This document shows, piece by piece, positions 41,025-53,011 of a DNA stretch of 64,000 bases (the stretch's first letter is position 1; each line of letters opens with the position of its first letter). Both the position numbers and the translations under genes were made by a program. The notes below the pieces were generated by a model, which saw only the letters and a program-made list of their open reading frames with translations, did no database searches and was not told where the DNA came from. The stretch is from contig NOWV01000222.1 of the NCBI GenBank assembly GCA_003344405.1, positions 1 to 64,000 of the forward strand, in the 5' to 3' direction. The DNA is from Trichoplax sp. H2 (taxonomy: Eukaryota).

Positions 41025-44000
41025 CTGTAAAGCAAAGTAATGCAATGAATTAAGAATATTAAATTTACCAAAAGCATGCGGCGAGTTTCACACTGACGTA
41101 ATTATTAGGACCTTTGCATGCGCCCATGTAGGCGATCTTACTGTTGTTCAGCAATCTTTAAATGATAAATCACCTTAAATTCTAAATCTTTATATAATTC
41201 ATTGCCTCGTGAACAACTTATCAGTTTATAGTGGCGTGAGTGTGTAACATAGTCTGATATTATGGCAGAAAAAGATGATTATAGGCAATGATACAGTCCA
41301 ATTCTTGACTTTTACGACAGCTACGTTGATAAGAATATGTTTAAAGCAACCTATCTGCGAAATCTATGAATTAGATTACTTTCAGGTGGAATTAAGTTTC
41401 TTGTATCTGAATTTTACTATTTCGTGAAATTTTGCCATTTGGATAATTTCAATTTAATATTACTAAATACGATGTAATTCAATATCTTGAATCATGGACG
41501 GTAGCAGTAGAATTAATGTATTGAAGGCACTGTTTTAGTGTGATAAACACTTTAGGATTACAAGCAAGACCTAAGTTACACGATTAATTATTCAACGTAT
41601 TATAACTACCTTATAATAGTACTAGTAACTGATATGGTATCTTTTACAAGATTTTCTCTGTAGTGTAATCTAAATTCAGCGGAAATCACTGTACACCATT
41701 TTTCCAAATTTGCTTGTGCTAGCTCGATAGCGACTATAACGAAAAATATGCCTGATAATGATAAGCTACCGCCTCTTTCTAGAATAGAATTAACCAAAAT
41801 ACAAAATATCTCAGTTTAATTACCGTATTTTATTAATTATCGTTATTTGCTACTAATTATTAGATTTAAGGAATTATTAAAATGATGCGCTATCCATTTA
41901 CTGGGAGCTAAATTTAGGCTGTAAACATTACACTAATAATCCAAGAAAGATTTTGCATTTATTTTTCCGGCTGTTTATAGAACTTTGTAGCACTATAAAA
42001 TTAATAAATAGGTCCAAAGTATACTATACACTAATTAGATCAGATACAAGTAGTAACATTATAAAATAAACAAAGACACTGTAAATATAGCGATTTTTAA
42101 TGATCTGAACTTCTAAATTTATATTAGAGCATATTCTAGTTAATTCCGATCCATTGCAAACTATAGAAATTTTCAAATCGAAAATTGAATTAAATTTTGT
42201 ATTTAATACTGCAGTTTATCCAATTAATGTTTTATACAGTAGATATCCATCTAAGCTATAAAAATGTAAAATTTTTCTTAACAGATAATAAAAGTAAATC
42301 GTAAATATCGAACAGAATCGTTTTCTAAGCATGTAAATGAAGACTCCGTTGATAGAGGAATTAATGTTGATATACCAAGATTAAGTTTGGTAACATTTAA
42401 ACTCTCAATAAAGTAAACTAACTTCGTAATTTACATGTATTTAGTAGATAACGTATCTAATACGTATTTAGTAAAATCAAGTTCCTATTCCACGCCTATA
42501 ATCAGTAGCCAATAATCTTATCAGCTTAATTACTAGCGCATCAAATGTCACAAATAAAAACTTGATGATTTTAGGTGCAGTACCTAGCCTTATATCATAG
42601 CAAATTTGTTTATTGTAATCTGCGCTGAACGCCACGAGAAAACTTCGTTAAAGATACTGTATTCATCTTTCAATTTCTGTCACACCTTTTATTTTTAATG
42701 CTAATGTAGGTTCGAGAATATAAATTTTCGGCAACTAGATTATTGCCATTTGGTAACCATAAGATTTGTTACAAGCACAGATATTGTATTTGCTACTATC
42801 GTTTTTCGTCCTATTATGAATTCTATGTACTTCCACGAATATAATTTTCGCTCCACTACTTGCTTGCATCCCTAGAATTGTTTAAATTTGAATGAATATA
42901 ATACTGTCTAATATAGCAGTGGCTAATCTAAGGACTCTTGCTCATGATGGAAACAAAATTATAGGCTCCAAATAAAACTTTAATGTTTTATATAGGCAGA
43001 TATAAAAATTAACATAGCAAAGCAAACTCTGCAATTTCTCGCCATGTATTAACAATCTAGTAGCTTCGTATAGAATAAATTATGGTACTTACCGCTCTGT
43101 TGAAGGTAGAAGATTATCTGAAATGTTCGCAATAAAGAGAAAAAATTGATAATTAATGCCAGTTTTCTTTTTCGTAACCTCTCCTATCATGTCTAAACTA
43201 AAGTAACTGCCTCCATTATTATTCGACAAATTGCCATATAGTATATTAATTCTATCATCTTGAAATACATTAGTAATGTAAAATACTACAAAAACTTATA
43301 GTTAGTATCCTCCAAAAGTTAGATAAAGATTAGCCTTAACTAACATTTTGGCTTTTAATCGGAACAGAATATGTTCATACTTACTTCATTGACTATCCTA
43401 CCGAATCGGAAACTAAATACTAGATAAATCAATTGCCGGACCAGTCTACGGTCATATTTATGATGGTACTCGGTAAAGTGTTTGTTTTAAAAGATTGATA
43501 TTTTTCCGAAATTGTATCATAAAAAGGAACTACAGAACCAATTGGATTGTTATAAAGTAAAGAAATATAGTAATATCTTCTAATATCAATAACTATTGCC
43601 CTTATATTAATATATTAGCCATTCAGGAAAGAGAATTAAAAATAAATTAAAGGTGTTGCTAGAACTCAAATTTAAGATAGGTATGATTCTAGAACGATCT
43701 TATTTCTATACGCTACCGATTCTAAACTTTCACTTAGTCTGTTATCTTACTTTACGCATATTTAGTAGCGTAATTACAGTTAGATTACTATTGTTCATAA
43801 ATTTATTATTTTACTTCCTACTAACGCGTACAAGCAATAATAATGAAATTATGTTAAAATTTAATATTAAATTCTTGTCGTCTTTCATTTTTTACATTAA
43901 GAAACGAATTATCTAATTTATTCTATTACTTAAAGATTTTCTTACCAGAGCAAGGATAACTATTTGATTAACCAGCATCATTAAGATATCGATGAAAATT

Positions 44001-47000
44001 TTTGTTGCCTGATGATTTATAAAGTTAGAATAGTAAACCATAAACTGAGAAAAGTTTAAACCATCTGAAAACTGCCAGTCAGTGATAAATTTATTAAGTG
44101 GCCAGGAGAAATTGGATAAATATAATAAAAGAATGCCTTTCGATAAGTAACCTCTTCATATACGTAAATGTGAACTTGATTCAGTTGCATTTCACACGCC
44201 AAGTATTGAACAGAAAAGGCTACTAATCATGTAAGATTAAAGTCGAGCCGAAGATTCTTTGTTTTAAAATGGTAAATAATCTAAATGAAAGGAGACAGTG
44301 ATTAATAAAGCAGCCCAGCAATGCAACCGGAAAATTTGACTCTATGGGACAATAGTGGAAGCCCATCAGTCTTAATTATGATATTAATAATAAAACATTT
44401 TATACCAAAGTCAAATTAATAATCAGAATATTTTCTAATGTTTAATTTTATTGTTTGGTGATCAAATATTAAATTCTAAAAGTAAGAAACATTTCAACGC
44501 TCATATATTTGTATTGGATAGAATTATTTAGAACTTATGTAGCGTTCAAGTAAAGAACTTAGCTATCTTATCTATTATCTATTTCATACAATATTCCTAA
44601 TCATCATTATATCATGAACCAATAGCGGTTTAAATTGCCTTAGTTTCTTATGATACCACCTTGATAATTACAGTACGCAAGAGAAAGAAGGATCAGCGAT
44701 ATTAGTAAATTCGAATTTATCCAAGTAATCTTTTTTGGCATTTGTGCTATATTTCTTACGGAGTATCGACTAAACAAATTAACGGATATAAAAATTTATG
44801 GCTGCATTTGTTATAACGCTGAAGAATCTAGATCTACAAAATGAGTAATTATACGTTGAATCGATACATCCGCCCCTGTTTTTGTTTGCTATCGTCTATG
44901 ACGTAGGACATGAAATGATATATTAATAATTAATAAATCTGTTGTATCAAATTTATGCTGTTGTCAAGTTGTGTAAATTTAAATTTAATTTACTAAGCTG
45001 ATGCAAGGAATAAACTTCCTAGAATGTCATTTAAAAAATAGTTTGTTACACAAATTTTCTCACGCAACTAAACTTTACATACAGTCACATATTTTTATCA
45101 ATATGTAGTAGCATATGGCAACACGATATTAATATTATGCATTAGATGACTGCATACAAAGTTTATTAATAAAGCGGTTGTTAATAGCTACTTTATATAG
45201 TTCTGTGATGTTTACGAAGGTTGAAAGTTGGCATTAGTCGCAATAAAATACATCAGAATAGTTCAGGGAACGGTAACCTTTATTGAGCTAGTGTAAGAGA
45301 ATAATCTTGTAAGATTATCGTGCAGGTAACGATGTGGCTAGTCGAATAACTATAGTAGTGTAGAATAGGTAAAGCGTGCAAGCTTACCGTGTTACTACCA
45401 GAACTAACTAACGAGATAGGCGAAAGAAGATAGCTTTTATAATGTTAGGAGCAAAGCAGGAGGAAATTATTTATAGGCGCAAATGATTCATGAAAATAGG
45501 TTACTTCTATGTTAAGCTAGTGCTACGGTATAAGTTGGCTAGAGTACAAGATATTACACGGAGTCAATTGTTAAATATAGATCGTACATATTTAGATTAT
45601 GCTACAGCCTTAGAGTTATGCTACAGTCTGGTGAAACTAACACTTTTACTAAAAATAGACAATACCGTATTTAGAAGTAAACACTACAAGTTCAAATATT
45701 TTTCCCGAATTATTTCAAACCTGCTTATGACCTTTCTTAGTGGGCAAACATTGTAATCTGATTGGATTTAAAATATTCTGTAGCTAACGAAACCAGTTAA
45801 TAAATAAATTACCTTGCCAATGTAATATTTATAGCTAATAAGTTAAAATTTTATTTTCTTTCTAATTTTTAATTTTTAGAAATTATTTGGACATAGTAAT
45901 GAGCATATAATGTAATTTTCTGCCATTTCATGCAAAATATAAATTTTTGTAACTATTCATCAACACATTAATGTCAAATTAACATTTCGGCGTTTTGGCC
46001 GAATAGTCGCCTAGCTAAATTCTATAATAATAATTTTTACTTGCAGCGGAACTACTATATCATACTGCATATAGCACAATACTAGACTATATGTGTACAT
46101 GGTGAAGTTTCTAACTTCAGAGTACTCTCTGCTATATGGCACGGTACGCATTTTTGTTACCAATTATTGACTATATTAATCTCAATTTTATAAAGAGATG
46201 TCCTATTTATTTGCATATCGTCAAGAGATCATCTAAATATAGCTTATAGATACTACCAGTCAATAACATGTTTTAAAATAATATCTACCTATATAATAAT
46301 TATTTATACGCGAATGTTAATACTGTAAAAAATATGCAAAATATTAATACTATTTCTAAAATATATCTATGCCATATTTATTAGCTTTCGAATCTGTTGT
46401 AAATTAGATTTATAATTTTTTGGGAAGGATTTTCTTATGTCTAATGTGCCGCTACAATTTTAACTAGTTTGGCCTAAAAGCAACATCAAATTATATGAAA
46501 TGTGAATAAATTTTTGAAATTAATCCTGCTGAAATCAACTCAAAAAATTTTTAATTTATTTAATGAAAAAACAAATAAGACAATACTATAAAAGTTCAAA
46601 CTGATTTAACGCATGTTCTAGAAGAAATTCCGACTAATACATCTTACCAAATTCAATACCGTTACTATCTTCACAATCTAACTCTTTATAACTACTCTAC
46701 TATTTTAACCATAAAAGTTGTTATTTTAATTAAAGCAATTTCTGATAGAATTTCTTGAAATGTCTGCATTTAAAAGTTTCTATATAAGTACACAGCTTTC
46801 CACGCATACGTAGAAACAAAGTTCTGCAACATTTGACTGAAAATATTCTTACTGATAGAGAATTCTCATCCTTGGTCAGATTTAAATTTTTATTGGAACC
46901 GAACGTGTACGAAACAGTACAGTATATAATAACAGATTTTACCGAATTAACTAGAAGTTATCGGATAAGCCATTACCAATACTGTACATAATGAGATATA

Positions 47001-48291
47001 TCAAAATTTACAATCATGTTAAGGAGATAAAATTATTAGATTATTTTAGAATCAATTTGGCTATATTACTATAGTTATTTACGTATTTAAGAAATGATCA
47101 CATAAACACACACAATAATTGAAAAGCCAAATCTTTTTATTGATCATCAAATAATCTTTTACTTTAACTTTTATAATTTGTAAGAAATTTGCCTATCATG
47201 TAATATTGCCTCTAATCGCATTTCTCCGATACAAATTACACAATTCATACGTCTGTAAGATTATTTCTTTCAGTGAACAAGAAAAATATGTAACAGCACA
47301 CACAAAAGTTCATTATCATTTTTAAACATTTTACTATCCGTATCATAGCATTCTAAAAGAATATCGATTCAATAACTTAATCGTAATTTATTTTGAGTTA
47401 TACTGTGCTACTTTATCTGCCAACGCTGTGTATATATATCATAATACAACTAACTCCGGTATATTTAGTTCATATTATTTATCTTAAATTTCCATGTAAG
47501 TGCTATTACAGCCGTCTAATCACAATTGCATACTCGCACTTCGTTTCATGAGGACTACATTTGCAATAATAAAACTTAAGCAATAGCAATTCTAATAGAT
47601 TTCTCGAATTGGTAAATAGTATAGATTGCTTGAATTCCCTTTCCGCACAATAATGCAAAGAAATTCATAATGCTGTATTCTATATACGTATGTCTTAACG
47701 TAACGTTCCAGTATTGATTAGGAATCAATGAAGAAAAACAACCAAATCTAAAAGAGTATTACTTTAGTCATCACAGGTAACAATTTTATAAAGATATTCA
47801 TACAGAACTGGATACGATTTTCTCCATGAATATCTTTACATCTCATTACAGCTTTTACTTTAAATTTAAATAAGTAGTTGCAATATCAAAATTATATCAT
47901 TCTCACAATAAATAGTATACATATTTCATCAATTAGTCAACAGTATGCATAGATGCTTTCATAATATAACTTGTAACTGGAAAAATGAATTCTGGTTCAT
48001 AAGTTTTATACTGTCTTTTCGCTTTGAATTATAAATTTACGACTTTAATATTGATCATGAACAAATTGTGAGATAGAATCAACCCCTAATTGAATTAATA
48101 GCTCTAACTAGGTTATACATCATTTTAGAAATTTAGTAACCACTGTTAATTATTAACTCTATTTTGTTCGCAATAGGTTTAATCACCATGTTGGAACTAT
48201 AAGTCTTAACTGACTATATGACCAGAACAATCTTTATTGTAACACTAACCATTTTAGTTATCGTATTGTCACAAAACAGCTTTGCAACAAG

Positions 48292-48709
48292 TGTAAGACA
48301 GTGTAATATTGTATTCTAAGTTGATGATATATTTAGTAATGTCTACCGTAGGTGTTGTGTTCAACATGTGATAGATATACTCGTTAGAAGCTTAAGTATT
48401 AAATATAGCTAGCTTAGAAGCTGTAATCCTTTTGAAGAGGAGCGCTACAGTGCTCACACTAGAGCTTCACATGAAAGGTGTAAACTAGCCTGTATTTGAG
48501 ATGCTAATACTGAAGTGTGTAGTAAGTAAGGTCCTAAGACTGTAAACGCGGAAAGGTATATAAGCGAGTAGTTTAGTATAGTAAGTTAGTTCTTTCTCGT
48601 TAGAGGTCCTCAGCTAATTGATTACGTTGTATCTTCGTAAAGGAGGTTTTGTTCAATAAATCTTAATTTACTAAAGTTTTTTGAAGATTCTTGATCTATC
48701 AACCTCACA
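48292..48709 (+). mobile_element. Solo-LTR-like element, family C (418 bp), nested in A
   Basis: TGTAAG...CTCACA; perfect TSD ACAAG; TATATAA at 48557, AATAAA at 48655. Confidence 0.85.
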
Positions 48710-49184
48710 ACAAGATAACGTAATATACGATCAATAAGTCAATTCCTTGAACCACGTATCAAGGAACGATATCTGCACTATCACAAACACTTTTGCTCTA
48801 CTAGCAGACTACACAGAGACTTAAACGCCTCGTATTTTACGTTAAACACTAAGTTTGAGAAACCACTTTATTACACGATATACTGCATTTATATACTATT
48901 CCTTAATAGTTCATGAGTCATCGAATACAATTAACATTAGAATCATTTACTGAATTAGATATTAATTTTAGCTACTGCTCCCTTAATGCAGACAACAGTA
49001 TTTACGAACATAGACATGTGATTACTAATACAGAATAGTCAGATACGATATGTCCTATCACGGAACATTTCTACGATAATTTACAATCTACCATAAGTTA
49101 ATTACAATCACAATGATTCGAACTATAAGTAGATGATTTGCATTCCCTATTATAACTATTAATTTCAGTATGTGTATAAGTGTC

Positions 49185-49627
49185 TGTCACAAACCAGCTT
49201 CGTGACAAGAATAACGTTAAACAAATCTCTAAATTACTATAGTCTTCTGGAATTCAGTATCCCTTAACTACCTCACAAGAATTTAGACGCCTTTGACTCT
49301 ACGTTAAACTCAACTAGACAATTGAGAACTGCTTTATTCAACTATCTGACGGGCTTATATACCCTTCTACAGCTGCTAACATTCACAAGTCATCTTATAA
49401 AAATACTTAGGTGAGAACAACTACTAACTAGTTTTTCACAGTCGGACTACAATATGTCCATTCACAGAATCATTTCAGTACACATTACAGCACAGCATTA
49501 AATTTACTGTAACACATTTATAATTAGAGTAATTTTTATTGTAAGGAACTAGATGTAATATATTATCACTATATTATATTAACCAAATTTAGATATCTAT
49601 TTCTTCACGGTAGTTCGTACCGTGACA
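49185..49627 (-). mobile_element. Family B solo LTR nested in A
   Basis: TGTCAC...GTGACA; perfect TSD GTGTC. Confidence 0.9.
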
Positions 49628-50033
49628 GTGTCACTGTCATAAAAAGCCAGTGCTATATTAAAACATAGTATATCCAAATTAGAAATTAACTAAATAAGGA
49701 TAGGCTAACAGAATTATCCAAACATAGATATTTCTACTCTAATACAGTACATAATACTGTCACACGTATACTTTAAAATTTCTTTACTCAGAAATTATTA
49801 ATAAGAAGACTTTTCTTTTATATAGATTAATATCAATTCCGTAAACAACATGATACACCTATCCGAGCAATATTTAAATAACTAATTGGACAATAAATTA
49901 TGTTTTGAGTCTCTTATCGAATCAGTTATTTTCTATGCTGAATCGATATTTTTCGATATTTTTAAGATAAGGAGTAATTTTAGTAGAGCGATAATATACG
50001 ATCAGAAAAAGATTCGATTCGGCAATGTACTTG

Positions 50034-50603
50034 TGTCACGGTACAAACCACTGTGAAGAGTAAATAACTAAATTTAGTGTTTAACATTTATATGTGGAGA
50101 TAACTCATAATGACTTACAGTAAGAATTACGGTAGTTATTATTTTGTTGCGGTAAATTATGTTGCATTGTAATAAGAGTTCTAATGTGGTAACTAATATT
50201 AATTGATGATAGCGTTATGTCTTTAACGCTTGTGATGAAATTCCTGAAGATATTCAATTGTAGGTGATACTATAAATGATTCTGTGTGTGGACATACTGT
50301 AGTCTAATTATTTAGAATCGTTCAGTATACAGTATGTCCAAAATCACGAATAATGTCAGTATTAATTTAGCTATCCAATATGAGCTAAATTTCATGAACT
50401 GTTATGACTCATACATGATAGCTGCCGAAGGGTATTTAAGCTCGGCAGATAGTTGAATAAAAGAAGAGTTTTATAGTTGTTTTAATGTAGAAGCAAAGGC
50501 GTCTAAATTCTTGTGATGTAGTTAAGGGATACTAAATCCTAGAGACTATAGTAATTTAGAGATTTGTTTTACGTTATCTTTGCCACGAAGCTGGTTTGTG
50601 ACA
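50034..50603 (+). mobile_element. Longer family B-related solo LTR (570 bp)
   Basis: TGTCACGG...TGTGACA; perfect TSD ACTTG; 3' half similar to 29330-29511. Confidence 0.85.
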
Positions 50604-53011
50604 ACTTGTACGAATCATTATATAATAAAGTACTATTTCTAGCCCTACTCTGAATTCGTCTCACAGTATAACGGTTAAAAGCAGCTTTTAACTAAAAATT
50701 ATTGTTGAATATTACAGTAGTAAACTTAGGCTTTATAAGTCCATAGATTTATTTATGCATTCCTATAATTAATAATGTCTCATAACGAGAGATCTCTAGC
50801 CTTGCATGATTGTCATATCTCACTCTAAGCCCATTATACTCTAATTACAGAGATATGCTGATATCGTCTACTGAGACGTCTTGCATTCTGACTTAAGGTT
50901 ACAGCTATCGCCTCCAAAATTATCCGCAAGCTGCATACGACCATCTTAACACCTAAATGAAATCCTTAGCACCACTGGCCTACGCGGGTCTAGCCCTGTC
51001 ATCTTACATATAATGGCCAGGGATCTGACATGGAGCCTATTTTCTACACACAAATATTTATATTCGTATATATTTTATAATTCATAAGGATATACACAGA
51101 CGAATATTCTATTGTACTAATCATTGATGATTTCTATATCTAATGTAACTGATGATTACATTATTTAATACTAGAGTAATTGCAATACATTTTAATAGCT
51201 ACTGTATTTATAAATTCAGTTACTACTTATCGTTAATTACGGTAACTAATTAATGAATTACTGTAAGATGATATTAACTTAATTTTATATATTACTTTCT
51301 GCCTCATTTATTAATCTTGCAGGCCGATCTTGGTTATTACGATTAGATTGATGACTTATCTAATTTTCTAACGTAAGCTTTGATTACTTATTAATTTGTT
51401 CGTTTGTTTAAAATGAAAATTATTTCAAAACTAAATTTAAGAGTTAACCTTTATCTCAGATTGGCTCGTTACTCTAATGTAGCCTTCACTAAATAAATAA
51501 TTTCAATATGATATTATATGTGTAGACTGAAAATTGTTTGTCAACTTGTATTAAGAATATTATATTGGAATCGCTTTTGAGATCTGCTTTTAAGTCTGCT
51601 AATCATCAACCCTTCGTGCATCAAACTAATTGTACGTACTGAAAAAAACCAAAAGCTTTCTTCCCTTTGTTACTTAAATTAATCTCAATGGTCTTAGGAG
51701 AGCCATTCTTAGAATTTTAAAGTTAAAAATACCTTTAAACTTTATTTCTACTGTTATAATAACTTGACTGGATTTCGTACTTGGACGGTAATAACCATTC
51801 TCATAAATGCTGCTTAATTTCAAAATAAAGTTTCCTGAGATTCGTAACACTATTGAACATATTTCTATTAGTAATGGTTCAAAGTTAATTCTTGATTATA
51901 ATTAAGGTACGATATAGTCAAGACCGACTATATCATTCACCTAAGGTTGCTTCCCTTTACAGTATTCATTCCTTTCATTTGGACTATTTACACAGTAAAT
52001 TGATCCTTATTTGATTATCGAAATATTTATTTCAATACTTTAGCATCAAAATTCCAAAGAAAAATACACTTACATCAATTTTAATAGCATCCTTTATTGA
52101 AAATGCACGCAAGTCTCTCATACTTAATTGTTAGATTGATCTTAACACGTGTTTTTAATTTTAAACTTTTTTTTTAATTATATCATGATCCTCGGTGACG
52201 CTGCATTTATATTTATTTTCAATTTATCATAGGACCGTCGATGATATAATAGTAATCTCCCACAAATTAGCACGCGTACAATTTACGATTACTTTGTAGA
52301 TCAGTAATTGAAATGGCATATCTTAATATAACACGCTGATTAAAAATTTGTAGTAGATGGTAATTACCATAGTGAATTATCAATAGCCTTAAATATTCAA
52401 TCAGCTATTACTATTAATAATGAAAACTTCTGTCTTTTCTACTATGCAAAGGTCGTCTACACATGAAAACCTTTTTAGTCTGTGGAATTTTTGAATTGTT
52501 AATATTTGATTTATAATCTTTATGAACTAATATTCTCATCTTATTATTTACTGTACATTACTAACGCCTAAATATTTATATTTGTTTCTTATTTCCTTAA
52601 GTTGATTTTCAACGAGCTTGTAGCAAAATTATTACTAAAACTGTAATGTAAATTATTAATGATTTTTAGACTCTTGTACATTACAAAGTCTTTACTAGCA
52701 AGGCCAATTAGGGGAATACATCGCTGTTTACGGTAGCATATGCAATTATTATAAAGTTAACCTACACTGCAAGCAATTAATGCTTTTCCATTAAGATATC
52801 TAAATTAAAGCAAGTGATTACGATACCATTTCTGGGTTTGAAGTTCCATTGAATCATTTTTATAATAACTTAATGCCCAAATGTATAAATTCGTTAACTT
52901 CAGCTTGTTTTATGATTTCTCTTGGGATTGCATGATATACATCAAATAATCTTCACTAAGATCATTCGGAATATCAAATGTGTGCTATATGAATAAGATT
53001 ATGGGATTAAG

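Larger units (their letters stand above)
48267..49764 (-). mobile_element. Family A solo LTR carrying two nested insertions
   Basis: Perfect TSD CGTAT; the family A sequence is restored when 48292-48709 and 49185-49627 (each with one TSD copy) are removed. Confidence 0.9.
43900..52000 (+). pseudogene. Heavily decayed LRR surface-protein pseudogene 2; boundaries approximate
   Basis: Plus-strand fragments: YPSNLFWHL (44718), LKNLDLQN (44819), LEEIPTNT...LHNLTLYN (~46618), ENILTDREFSSLVRF (~46840), IASNRISPIQITQFIRL (47205; exact NxIxxIxxxxFxxL), LHLQ**NLSNSNSNRFLEL (~47555), LESLLRSAF (~51565), C-cap-like YLDGNNHSHKCCL (~51778). Confidence 0.6.

Noticed and set aside
21951..50603. Full-length LTR retrotransposon between same-orientation LTR copies
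   Set aside because: No PBS (TGG...) or polypurine tract beside the LTRs, no gag/pol ORF, and individual TSDs flank single copies.
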